A stretch of DNA of 64,000 bases from IMG/VR virus record IMGVR_UViG_3300037067_006949, positions 32,001 to 96,000 of that record; one strand, given 5' to 3'. The notes under the pieces were generated by a model. It made no database searches, had not been told where the DNA came from, and saw only the letters and a program-made list of their open reading frames with translations. Shown here piece by piece: positions 47,392 to 56,911 of this stretch. This DNA comes from a virus (Duplodnaviria; Caudoviricetes). A program made the position numbers and the translations under genes. Each line of letters starts with the position of its first letter. The first letter of the stretch is position 1.

Positions 47392-48492
47392 TTGAAAGTT
47401 TTATACGTATATGCGGATCAACCCCATGAGCTTAATTGTTCGGTTTTCAACTGTTTCAACCCAACAGATGCAATAAATAAAACGGGAGTTCACACAGCAA
47501 GTTATATACACGTAGATCAGTTCGTTAAAAATGAACCAGAAACACAAAAACTTTGTTCTGAAGCCGACATTATTATTATAGAAAGAAATTTTTTCCAAGA
47601 TGTTTCAACTATGGAGGTTTTTTGGTGGGTTAGAGGAAAAATTTTAGCTGGTATTTGGGATGACGGATATAGCGTAATGCATCAAAGAAATCCGGCATAT
47701 CCATTTTGGAATAATGGCGAAATAAAATATGTTTTAAAAGACGATCCAAAGGTAGAGCACGTTGGTTATATGTCTCCAAAGCCATTGACCCAAATGAAAT
47801 ATTCTCTCCATTTTTTAAAGGGTGCTCAAGTGGTTTCGGACGCTCTAGTAGAAGACTGGTCGCCTTTTGTAGATTGTTACAAGATCAACAATCACATTGT
47901 TATTGACCGTTATACCAACGTAACAGAGCCATTATATCCTCATGATGGAATTTGGATAGGCTGGACGGGTTCTTTGTCACATAGAGATTCATTTGAATCG
48001 TCCGGTTTGCTTCGTGCTTATCGTAAAATTTGCAAGAATTTTCCCAATGTAAAAGTTTTGATTACTGGCGACAAAAGAATATATGATGAATTGGATGTTC
48101 CTAACACAAGAAAAATGTTTAGCGGATATGTACCAGCAGAGCAATATCCATCATTGATTAAAAGTCTCGATATTTGTACAATTCCATTAGCCGGAGAATA
48201 TGATAAGAGGCGTAGCCAAATCAAACCATTAGAATGCCTAGCACTCAAAGTTCCATTTGTAGCAACCAACTTTCCGAACTACAATCATCTTGCTCCATAT
48301 GGAGTATTCACAGAAAATGGTTGGGAAAATTGGGAAAACGCTATTGCAGAATCGTTAGAAAAACTTCCAGACCTTCGAGAAAAAGCAGTTGAAGTTGGGT
48401 ATCCATTCGCACTAACGCAAGATATTGATCTACACGTGCAAGAAAGAATTGACCTGTATCAGATGTTGATAGACAAACCGTATAGATATTAG
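47392..48492 (+). CDS. GT-B (GT4-like) glycosyltransferase
   Basis: IGWTGS..H, LDI...PL, KPLE...L.VP.VAT. Confidence 0.75.
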   Translation: MKVLYVYADQPHELNCSVFNCFNPTDAINKTGVHTASYIHVDQFVKNEPETQKLCSEADIIIIERNFFQDVSTMEVFWWVRGKILAGIWDDGYSVMHQRNPAYPFWNNGEIKYVLKDDPKVEHVGYMSPKPLTQMKYSLHFLKGAQVVSDALVEDWSPFVDCYKINNHIVIDRYTNVTEPLYPHDGIWIGWTGSLSHRDSFESSGLLRAYRKICKNFPNVKVLITGDKRIYDELDVPNTRKMFSGYVPAEQYPSLIKSLDICTIPLAGEYDKRRSQIKPLECLALKVPFVATNFPNYNHLAPYGVFTENGWENWENAIAESLEKLPDLREKAVEVGYPFALTQDIDLHVQERIDLYQMLIDKPYRY

Positions 48493-48499
48493 GAAAAAT

Positions 48500-49027
48500 A
48501 TGAAAAATATTATTATAGCCGTAGATTGCGATGACGTGTGCATTAACTTGATAGACCGTTGGCTGTACGAATACAATAGTGACTTTGAAGACAACCTAAC
48601 GAGAAATGACATAACCGATTGGGATGTACAAAAATTTGTCAAACCCGAATGTGGCACAAAAATATACAGATATATCGAAGATAAAACGATGTATGATTAT
48701 TGCCAACCAGTTGCGGATTCATTAGAAGGCGTAAATCTTTTACGAACCATGGGTAGAGTTATTTTTGTTACTCACCCCACAATTGGAACTGCCGGAAGAA
48801 AATATGTCTGGCTGAAAGAAAACGGATATATTGATTCAATGGAAGATTATGTAGAAGCAAAAGATAAAAGTCTAATCAATTTTGACTTCCTGATTGACGA
48901 CAATTATCACAACATTTGCCGTTACAAAAATAGTTTCTTATTCAACCAACCATGGAATGAAAAATATTTCTATGCGCAACGCATAAAAAACTGGAGAGAA
49001 TACATCGACGCAAGGAAGTCCAAATGA
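48500..49027 (+). CDS. 5'(3')-deoxyribonucleotidase (HAD, NT5C-like)
   Basis: AVDCDDV, K..WL, LIDD, PWN. Confidence 0.8.
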   Translation: MKNIIIAVDCDDVCINLIDRWLYEYNSDFEDNLTRNDITDWDVQKFVKPECGTKIYRYIEDKTMYDYCQPVADSLEGVNLLRTMGRVIFVTHPTIGTAGRKYVWLKENGYIDSMEDYVEAKDKSLINFDFLIDDNYHNICRYKNSFLFNQPWNEKYFYAQRIKNWREYIDARKSK

Positions 49028-49560
49028 AGATAGTTACCATTTCGGGTGAAGCAAGGCATGGCAAGGATTCTACCGCAAATATTCTGAAATCCATGTTAGA
49101 ATCTTTAGATAGAAAAGTATTGATTATTCATATGGCAGACTATTTAAAATATATATGCCAAAAATATTATGAATGGGATGGAAAAAAAGATGAGTCGGGA
49201 AGAAAATTGCTTCAATATGTTGGAACTGATAAAATAAGAAAAAAGATTCCTGATTTTTGGGTGGACACAGTTATAAGACTTCTAGAAGCTTTTGGAAATG
49301 ATTTTGATTATGTCCTAATACCAGACACAAGATTTAAAAACGAGATAAACAAGCTTAGAGATTTTGGATTTGCAACATTAGCGGTCAAAGTAGTAAGGTT
49401 AAATTTTGAAAACGATCTTACTCTAGAGCAACGCAATCATCCAAGCGAAAGAGCATTAGACGATTTTAAGTTTGATTACACCATTGAGTCTGAATCTGGA
49501 ATGGCAAATCTAGCGGTTGAAGTAAATAAATTTTTCAGCAAATACATAAACGTGTGGTAA
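49024..49560 (+). CDS. deoxynucleoside monophosphate kinase
   Basis: SGEARHGKDS, RKLLQYVGT, DTRF.NE, HPSE. Confidence 0.8.
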   Translation: MKIVTISGEARHGKDSTANILKSMLESLDRKVLIIHMADYLKYICQKYYEWDGKKDESGRKLLQYVGTDKIRKKIPDFWVDTVIRLLEAFGNDFDYVLIPDTRFKNEINKLRDFGFATLAVKVVRLNFENDLTLEQRNHPSERALDDFKFDYTIESESGMANLAVEVNKFFSKYINVW

Positions 49561-49574
49561 AGAAAGGAAAAATA

Positions 49575-51548
49575 ATGGTAAAAGGTTTAACTGACTTTAA
49601 GCTAAGTGAAAATTTTATAGAAAAATATAAAACCAAACAACCGCCATTTGGTTACAATGGTTTAGGCGAACTAGTATATATGCGCACTTATTCGAGAATT
49701 AAGGATGATGGCAAAAACGAACTATGGTGGGAAACTATTCGTCGCGTAGTAGAAGGTATTTATAATATTCAAAAAGAACATATTGATCATGGAAATCTGG
49801 GCTGGAATGCTATGAAAGCTCAAAAAAGCGCTCAAGAGATGTATGATCTCATTTTTAACATCAAGTTTCTTCCTAGCGGAAGGGCTTTATGGGCATTAGG
49901 AAGTAAGGTAATTACAGAAAAAAGACTGGCAGAAGCATTATATAACTGTTCGTTCATTTCAACTGAAAGCATAAAAGATGATCCGTCCTTATCCTTTAGG
50001 TATGCAATGGACATGTTAATGTGCGGTGTTGGAGTTGGATTTGATGTAAGAGGCGCGGGGACAATTACAATCAAAAAACGATCTGAAAAAATGGAAGAAT
50101 ATCTTATTCCAGATAGCAGAGAAGGATGGGTAGAATCTGTTGGAAAAGTAATTCTATCATTTTTTGGTCATCCTACCCCAATTTTAGATTATTCTCTTAT
50201 AAGACCAGAAGGTTCTCCAATTAAAACTTTTGGTGGAATTTCTGCCGGAGAAAAACCATTAAAAGAATTGCATAATTCTATTATTAATATTTTATCTTTA
50301 TGCGAAAATAAAGAAATAACACAAAGAAACATTGCCGATATCTTCAATTTAATAGGCAAGGCTGTTGTAGCCGGAAATGTTCGTAGAAGCGCAGAAGTTG
50401 CTCTTGGGTTTGAGAATGATGAATTTTTAAATCTGAAAAATTATACCATAAATCCAGAAAGAGAATCTTTTGGTTGGTCGTCTAATAATTCTGTTATGGC
50501 GGAAATTGGTTCTGATTATAGTAAAATTGCAGAAAGAATTAGAGATAACGCGGAACCAGGAATCGTCTGGATTGAAAATTTACGTCAATTTGGTCGTATG
50601 CGAGAATTAGAAGCAGATAATAAAGATTTTAGAATTATGGGAGGAAATCCATGTTTAGAAATTGGATTGGAATCATCTGAATTATGCAATCTAACTGAGG
50701 TGTTTCCAAATAGGAACAATACCAAAGAAGAATTTTTAAGAACATTAAAATATGCATATTTATTTGCAAAATCCGTCACACTAATTGAAACGTCTTGGGT
50801 CGAGACAAATCGAGTTATGATGCGCAATCGCAGATTGGGGGTTTCTGTTACTGGAATATCACAATTTATCGCAGACCATGGAATAAGCGAACTAAAAGAT
50901 TGGCTAAAAACAGGATATGACACACTCAAAAATTACGACAATATTTACAGTGAATGGTTTGCCATTCCTAGGTCTATAAAATTAAGTACTGTAAAACCAT
51001 CTGGAACTCTTAGTCTTCTTGGTGGTGCAACTCCAGGAGTACATTACCCAGAAAGCAAATATTATATTCGTAGAGTAAGACTTGCAAACAATTCATCTTT
51101 ATTATCAGTTTTAGAGAAATCGGGATATAAAACAGAACCAGCGTTTGGACAAGAAGATTCAACTATTGTTGTAGAGTTCCCAATTTTTGTAGGAGAAAAA
51201 GTTCGAACGCAAGAAGATGTTTCTATGTGGGAACAATTAGCACAGGCTGCATTTATGCAAAAATATTGGTCTGATAATGCAGTTTCTATTACAGTTACTT
51301 TTGATCCAGAAACAGAAGGAAAAGACTTAGAACGAGCGTTAGATTTTTACCAATATCAGTTAAAGGGCGTAAGTTTTTTGCCAAGAATAAAAGAGGGAGC
51401 ATATAAACAAATGCCTTATGAAAAAATTGATAAAGAAACCTATGAAAATATGATAAGTAAATTAACGCCATTAGATTTTGGCTCTATGACCAACTCATCC
51501 GAAGCAGAAATAGAAAAATATTGCACCAATGATACGTGTTCATTATGA
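49575..51548 (+). CDS. nrdJ: class II (B12-dependent) ribonucleotide reductase, monomeric RTPR type
   Basis: RTYSR, PSGRALW, NC, GNVRRSA, NPCLE, CNLTE, TVKPSGT, C-terminal CTNDTC. Confidence 0.9.
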   Translation: MVKGLTDFKLSENFIEKYKTKQPPFGYNGLGELVYMRTYSRIKDDGKNELWWETIRRVVEGIYNIQKEHIDHGNLGWNAMKAQKSAQEMYDLIFNIKFLPSGRALWALGSKVITEKRLAEALYNCSFISTESIKDDPSLSFRYAMDMLMCGVGVGFDVRGAGTITIKKRSEKMEEYLIPDSREGWVESVGKVILSFFGHPTPILDYSLIRPEGSPIKTFGGISAGEKPLKELHNSIINILSLCENKEITQRNIADIFNLIGKAVVAGNVRRSAEVALGFENDEFLNLKNYTINPERESFGWSSNNSVMAEIGSDYSKIAERIRDNAEPGIVWIENLRQFGRMRELEADNKDFRIMGGNPCLEIGLESSELCNLTEVFPNRNNTKEEFLRTLKYAYLFAKSVTLIETSWVETNRVMMRNRRLGVSVTGISQFIADHGISELKDWLKTGYDTLKNYDNIYSEWFAIPRSIKLSTVKPSGTLSLLGGATPGVHYPESKYYIRRVRLANNSSLLSVLEKSGYKTEPAFGQEDSTIVVEFPIFVGEKVRTQEDVSMWEQLAQAAFMQKYWSDNAVSITVTFDPETEGKDLERALDFYQYQLKGVSFLPRIKEGAYKQMPYEKIDKETYENMISKLTPLDFGSMTNSSEAEIEKYCTNDTCSL

Positions 51549-52381
51549 AAAATAATAAAATTTCAGACAATGAATTAATTGATTTTTATATAAATAAAAA
51601 CTATTCTATTTTAAAAATATCTAAAATAACAAAAATTTATACAGAATGGATTTCTAAAAGGTTAAAAATACTTGATATAAAAATAAGAAACGGAAATGAT
51701 ACAAGTTATTATGAAAATAGAAAAAAAATATTTTACCCATGCGTTATATGTGGAAACCCAAAAACTATAGAATATCACAAATCTGGAAATTTTTATTGTT
51801 CAAGACACATTTCACAACTGGATGAATATGGAAAAATATTACCTAGAACAAAATTTGATAAAAATGAAATACATATTCTTGGAAAATATGTTTCAATGGA
51901 TTTATATAATTCTAAAAATAATAAAGTTGGAGAAAGTTTATTTGATCTAGAGGACTTAGAAGTTTTAATAAAATATAAATGGCAAAAAGATAAACAAGGC
52001 TATGTTGTTACATTAATAAAAGATGACGAAACGGGAGATAAGCACAGATTGACAATGCATAGATTTTTATTAAATCCACAAAAATATGAGATTATTGATC
52101 ATATAAATTGTGACAAATCAGACAACAGAAAAGAAAATCTTAGAATTGTTGACAAAAGTAAAAATGAAATGAATAAACCTTTGAGGAATGATAATTCTTG
52201 TGGTTATAGAGGAGTTTATTGGAATAAAAACAAAAATTTATGGATTGCAGAAATGAACTTGAATGGTAAAAAGATTTTAAATAAAGGATTCAAAAATAAA
52301 GAGGATGCGATTTTATGCAGAGAAGAATCTGAGGTAAAATATTTTGGAGAATATAGATACAATGATGCAAATAAAAATTAA
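51545..52381 (+). CDS. HNH-AP2 homing endonuclease
   Basis: MHR, DHIN..K.DNRKENLR, GYRGV.W...W.A (AP2). Confidence 0.85.
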   Translation: MKNNKISDNELIDFYINKNYSILKISKITKIYTEWISKRLKILDIKIRNGNDTSYYENRKKIFYPCVICGNPKTIEYHKSGNFYCSRHISQLDEYGKILPRTKFDKNEIHILGKYVSMDLYNSKNNKVGESLFDLEDLEVLIKYKWQKDKQGYVVTLIKDDETGDKHRLTMHRFLLNPQKYEIIDHINCDKSDNRKENLRIVDKSKNEMNKPLRNDNSCGYRGVYWNKNKNLWIAEMNLNGKKILNKGFKNKEDAILCREESEVKYFGEYRYNDANKN

Positions 52382-52793
52382 ATATTTATCAGATAAAATT
52401 GAAAAAATTAAAAAATCTGACATTGGAGACTGGATTGACCTTCGTGCTTCTGAAAATATAGAAATGAAATCAGGAGAATATAAATTGATCCCATTGGGAT
52501 TGGCAATGAAATTGCCAGATGGTTATGAGGGGTATATTGTTCCTAGAAGTTCAACCTTAAAGAATTTTGGTATTATTCAAGGAAATCATTTTGGCATAGT
52601 TGATAATTCTTATTGCGGAAATGATGACGAATGGAAAATGTCAGCATACGCCGTTAGAGATACTAAAATAAACATAAATGATCGCATTTGCCAATTTAGA
52701 ATACAAAAGAAGCAACCAGAAATAGAATTCTTAGAAGTAGACGACTTAGATAATAAATCTCGCGGAGGCTTTGGTTCTACTGGTATATCCTAA
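52362..52793 (+). CDS. dut: dUTPase (trimeric)
   Basis: DL, PRSS, GIVDNSYCG, DRICQ, RGGFGSTG. Confidence 0.92.
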   Translation: MMQIKIKYLSDKIEKIKKSDIGDWIDLRASENIEMKSGEYKLIPLGLAMKLPDGYEGYIVPRSSTLKNFGIIQGNHFGIVDNSYCGNDDEWKMSAYAVRDTKININDRICQFRIQKKQPEIEFLEVDDLDNKSRGGFGSTGIS

Positions 52794-52803
52794 AAATGGT
52801 AAA

Positions 52804-52835
52804 AAAAAGACTATACCGTTGGGTATAGTCTTTTT
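52804..52835. terminator. bidirectional intrinsic terminator between convergent arms
   Basis: AAAAAGACTATACC-gttg-GGTATAGTCTTTTT. Confidence 0.85.
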
Positions 52836-52844
52836 ATTTTCGTT

Positions 52845-54122
52845 CTATTTTATATCCAACTCTGGATGGGCATCACGGATAGCACGTAACGAAGCTTTCT
52901 CCGCATCAGAAAAAATAGGTTTTTGTTCTGGAGGTGCAAGCTTCAACATATAATTCGTAGAATTTACCACCCACCTCTGAATATTTGGATCAATTCTCCA
53001 CATCTTATTGACCAAATCTACAGCATAAACACTTACTATATTTTCAACCGATAAATCCATTTTAATATCAATGCCAAGTTCATTTCTAGTGTCAACTGGT
53101 TTAATGCAAACAGCTCTAAACATCTCTGGAAGTGCAGGAACTACAGGAGGAGGCGGTGGGGGCGGAACAATCTTTTCCATATAACTAGGCGAACTTACGA
53201 CCCATCTCTGGATATCAAGCGGAGCAATCCTCCACATTCCATCCGATCTTTCCTCATATACGTTTACATAGTCTCCAACCCTTAAATCCATTTTAATGTC
53301 AACGCCAATTTCGTTTCTGGTATCGACTGGCTGAATACATTTTGCCAAGAATAGAGCATCAGGGTCTTTTTCTGGAACAACATTTGTAACTTCTCCACCG
53401 CTATACAAATCCCACTCATCAACAGTCCCCAAGAACACATTTAGATCAAGTCCTTTTGTTTCAAATCCAAGAATCAATCCTTCGGGAATACCGTCATTAT
53501 TTATATCGCCATCACTAGCATATTGCCAAATAATAACCTTTCCCCTCCATCCAGCAGCTTTTACAGCGTCTACAATGTTCTGGTAAGTAATTAATTTGTT
53601 ATACCATGCAATCCATAAAGTCCTGTCTTTTGCCCAATCATCAAATGAACTGAGTAAACTTGGAGAAGTATATATTTCAGTATATTTACCAGAAAGAACA
53701 TCATACGTTTCACAATATGATTTCATAATTGTATTAAAGCTTGCCCTATGTGAAGAAATCAAACCTCCATAAGTGCTGGCTTCGCAATCTAGGGCGATAG
53801 GCATTGAGCTTGGATCAGATTTCAACAAATTCCAGCATGTTTCTGCTTGAATTTCTCCCCATTCGGCATCAGTCGTTGTCGTATATCGGTTAGAATAATA
53901 ATCCCCATACCAATACGTCTTGCGTTTGAATTTTCCTTTTGATTCATTCCAGAACCATTTGAATGCCCGATCTTCGACCAGACCATATCCAACACGTACT
54001 ATAAAACCTTGTATGCCTATCGCTTGCAGCATATCTAATTCTGGTTTATATGCCGTATCTGGATTGTCTTGGTATTGCGAAACATCCACCAATCGTACCG
54101 GATAATCTCTAAACGTTGTCAT
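52845..54122 (-). CDS. endolysin, GH25 muramidase with two C-terminal repeat domains
   Basis: DVSQYQ, LDCE, IYTS, LWIAWY, IWQY, DLN; repeats split by poly-Pro linker. Confidence 0.85.
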   Translation of the reverse strand: MTTFRDYPVRLVDVSQYQDNPDTAYKPELDMLQAIGIQGFIVRVGYGLVEDRAFKWFWNESKGKFKRKTYWYGDYYSNRYTTTTDAEWGEIQAETCWNLLKSDPSSMPIALDCEASTYGGLISSHRASFNTIMKSYCETYDVLSGKYTEIYTSPSLLSSFDDWAKDRTLWIAWYNKLITYQNIVDAVKAAGWRGKVIIWQYASDGDINNDGIPEGLILGFETKGLDLNVFLGTVDEWDLYSGGEVTNVVPEKDPDALFLAKCIQPVDTRNEIGVDIKMDLRVGDYVNVYEERSDGMWRIAPLDIQRWVVSSPSYMEKIVPPPPPPPVVPALPEMFRAVCIKPVDTRNELGIDIKMDLSVENIVSVYAVDLVNKMWRIDPNIQRWVVNSTNYMLKLAPPEQKPIFSDAEKASLRAIRDAHPELDIK

Positions 54123-54636
54123 TGCCTCTCCTATTATTTTTTTGTTTTGATATCTTATCGCAATCCACCATACCCATATTTACAGATGACATCGGCGTTA
54201 GATTTTCTCTTCGCATTTGTTCAATAAGGGTCTTATTATATTGTTCCGAATTGTTCAATTTGCATTCGAGAATTGAAATCGTTCTGCTCTGTTCCTCTAT
54301 TTTTATGTCTTGCAAATCCAATCTCTCACTTTGAGTTGTGATTGTATTTGCTTGTTTACGAATTATTTCTTCCTGGACATCTACTTTATCTTCTAATGCG
54401 TTCAACCTTTTATTTACCTCTATGGTTTCTAACGCGGTTTCAGTAGCGAGGCCTTTATATAACTTGGCAATATCCGCCTCTTTACTTTCATTGCTCAAGT
54501 CTGCACCTTTCAATTCTTTAGGAAACATTTTTTTGGAGCGAATAATCGCATATACAGATGCAACAAGCGATACTAAACCTACTCCAAAAATGCCAACTAC
54601 CCAATATATTAAACCTTGAATTTGCGTAATGTCCAT
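54109..54636 (-). CDS. membrane-anchored coiled-coil lysis protein (holin/spanin-like)
   Basis: N-terminal TM helix plus coiled coil; next to endolysin. Confidence 0.5.
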   Translation of the reverse strand: MDITQIQGLIYWVVGIFGVGLVSLVASVYAIIRSKKMFPKELKGADLSNESKEADIAKLYKGLATETALETIEVNKRLNALEDKVDVQEEIIRKQANTITTQSERLDLQDIKIEEQSRTISILECKLNNSEQYNKTLIEQMRRENLTPMSSVNMGMVDCDKISKQKNNRRGNDNV

Positions 54637-54977
54637 TTTTCATTGCCTCCATCTTTTAACGAAGTTAATCTTGCTCTGGCGCTAGAGGCAAAAGCCCCGC
54701 CCATTAGGATCATTAATGGTCTCATAATAAGCAATCCATAAGGGCTTACATCGACAGGATTGCCAATAATATGTTCTACGATTAAGAAAATGTACGATAT
54801 TGTAGCTAATCCACAAACAATTGCAGAAAAGGCTTTTATCCAAGAGTACATTTGTCTTTTAGATAATAACAAAAATTCAATATTCCAATATGTGGCAAAA
54901 CTAAAAATAATAGCCCCACATATCATCATTATGAATCCAAATATAGTAAGAAAGTCATTCAAAGCGTCAAAACTCAT
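54609..54977 (-). CDS. putative holin (3 TM)
   Basis: Three hydrophobic segments; basic C-terminus; lysis context. Confidence 0.5.
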   Translation of the reverse strand: MSFDALNDFLTIFGFIMMICGAIIFSFATYWNIEFLLLSKRQMYSWIKAFSAIVCGLATISYIFLIVEHIIGNPVDVSPYGLLIMRPLMILMGGAFASSARARLTSLKDGGNEKWTLRKFKV

Positions 54978-55107
54978 ATAATATCCTCCTACCGATAATA
55001 AATATATGTTTTAGAAAATTTTTTCACGGTTCCTCCATTTTACAAAATTGCATAATACATATAGGTGGTACAATTTTTTATACCACCATATATACTGTTA
55101 AAATCTG

Positions 55108-55127
55108 CTTAAAAGTATAATTTTATG
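55108..55127 (-). repeat. isolated copy of the 20-bp palindromic site
   Basis: Minus strand reads CATAAAA-TTATAC-TTTTAAG-CAGATTT, 4 nt after the tail-fibre stop. Confidence 0.85.
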
Positions 55128-55131
55128 TAAA

Positions 55132-56319
55132 TTATATTTTCCACCAATTTGAGTTGTCAGAAATCACTCTTACACTTTGCAATCCAGTCAAATCAACTTG
55201 AGAAGCGCTATCTATCAAACCAGCAGCAGTTATGACGCTTACGGTCATACTTCCACTATTTTTAACGATATATGGCAGCCCAAGTTTTCCTACCGGAGTT
55301 GGCAACGTGATTAAAGAACTTCCCGTTACTAGGCAAACATAATCGGTGTTCAATAATGAATAATCACTTGTTTTTGAAACAATAGGAACTGGAGCCGCAA
55401 CATACGATGCACTTCCAGAAGTTACATGCCCATATACATCTACGTTCACCTTGACATATGAACCAGCAGTAACACCAGATGCATTATGTTTTATTTGTGA
55501 TCCAGTTGTGGTAGACATTATTCCAGAACCAGCGATTCCAGCAAGAATAGTCGTGTTCGTATAGCTTCCGGTTGTTGAATCATAGGAATATAATGCTTTT
55601 CCAACTACACCAGTTGCGGTTATCGGCATAGCAACTATGCTTCCAGATATTGCATGTCCATAAACGTCAAATAATATTTTGTTATATGAGCCAGTTGTTA
55701 TACCAGATACATTATGCTTTACACTAGAACCCGTTGTATCTGACATGACTCCAGAACCAGAAATCTCAAATAATACGCTGCTTCCAGATATGCCACTATC
55801 TTGAAGTGTTCCGCTACCACTAATTGATATCCAATTTCCAGATATTCCAGAAATGCTTATCTGATCTGCGGTAGTAGTTCCCATCAAGACATAATATGTT
55901 CCATTATAAACAAATAGAGCATATCTTCCAGATTTCAAATCCCCCGATTCCATATCTACCAAATTTCCAAGAAAATCTATTTTCTTTAAAGTTATTATGC
56001 CAAGACTATTTATGTTCAAAGTAACTGCACCCGTATTGACCGCATTTAACTTTAAAGTTATCATAGAATTTGTTAAATATGAACTTATTCCAGATACGGT
56101 AGCTTCATAATAATTTTCAGTAATTACACTAGCATTTACATTGACAAGCAAATTGCTTTGTATGCTAAGTATTGATCCGCTAACTGTTCCGGCAAAATTA
56201 TCAATGAGAACCATGTTTGAAGAATTTCCTGCCACTGCTAATCTGAAAGTTTGAAAAGTTGTAGCAGAACCAGACGCGGTATCATAAGTAGTTAGACCTA
56301 AATTTGTTGTTGTGGTCAC
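55132..56319 (-). CDS. tail fibre-like protein, (S/T)GS-rich
   Basis: Two SG(V/I)T.GSY.K...DVYGH fibre repeats. Confidence 0.7.
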   Translation of the reverse strand: MTTTTNLGLTTYDTASGSATTFQTFRLAVAGNSSNMVLIDNFAGTVSGSILSIQSNLLVNVNASVITENYYEATVSGISSYLTNSMITLKLNAVNTGAVTLNINSLGIITLKKIDFLGNLVDMESGDLKSGRYALFVYNGTYYVLMGTTTADQISISGISGNWISISGSGTLQDSGISGSSVLFEISGSGVMSDTTGSSVKHNVSGITTGSYNKILFDVYGHAISGSIVAMPITATGVVGKALYSYDSTTGSYTNTTILAGIAGSGIMSTTTGSQIKHNASGVTAGSYVKVNVDVYGHVTSGSASYVAAPVPIVSKTSDYSLLNTDYVCLVTGSSLITLPTPVGKLGLPYIVKNSGSMTVSVITAAGLIDSASQVDLTGLQSVRVISDNSNWWKI

Positions 56320-56341
56320 ACTAATTTTCTCCTTTCAGAAT

Positions 56342-56899
56342 TTATACAGTAACGGTATCCATTTCGGATAGTAATATGCCGTCTAAATCGCTTAATAAAC
56401 TTCCGTCAAAATAGCTTACCATATAATATTGTTCGCAAGTAATTGTAGGAACTAAAGATATGCTTGGAAGTGTAACGTTCGAATTTCCCAATGTCAAATT
56501 TTGATTCATCGTTGCCATCATTGCATTAGGAAGGGCAACATCAACCGCGCCCATTCCTTGCAACATTTTAATTACAATATTCATCACGGGTGCTTTTATT
56601 GAAACCGGAATAGCCAGTGATTGTATCAATTTTATCAAAGATGACGTAAACCCTAAAGATACCTTTTTTATATCTATATTTGATACTAAATTGAATCTTA
56701 ATACGGCTTGACTAAACCCAATCTCAAATTTATTGTGAATATTGATAAACCATGATATAGCGGGTTCAATTTCGCCAGAAATCACGCCAAAACTATGAGA
56801 ATTTCTAATATAAGAATTAAAGGAATGGGAATTGTTGATAAACGAAGTAAACATTCTACTATTTCGAATATAAGAATTGAACGAATGTTTAGCTGGCAT
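56342..56899 (-). CDS. virion-associated hypothetical protein
   Basis: GGAGG RBS; tail operon; N-terminal HSFNSYIRNS repeats. Confidence 0.6.
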   Translation of the reverse strand: MPAKHSFNSYIRNSRMFTSFINNSHSFNSYIRNSHSFGVISGEIEPAISWFINIHNKFEIGFSQAVLRFNLVSNIDIKKVSLGFTSSLIKLIQSLAIPVSIKAPVMNIVIKMLQGMGAVDVALPNAMMATMNQNLTLGNSNVTLPSISLVPTITCEQYYMVSYFDGSLLSDLDGILLSEMDTVTV

Positions 56900-56911
56900 A
56901 ATTACCTCCCA

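Noticed and set aside
31437-52381. HNH genes as intron- or intein-encoded elements
   Set aside because: Flanking genes (Cas4-like, dnaE, nrdJ, dut, GT2) appear complete and there is no room for intron cores; they look free-standing.
411-52953. Many short minus-strand and alternate-frame ORFs overlapping + strand genes (and + strand ORFs over the tail genes)
   Set aside because: Shadow ORFs with no RBS or motifs; each arm of the window is uniformly one-stranded.
56790-56890. Short HSFNSYIRNS repeats
   Set aside because: Small intragenic duplication with no further supportable interpretation.
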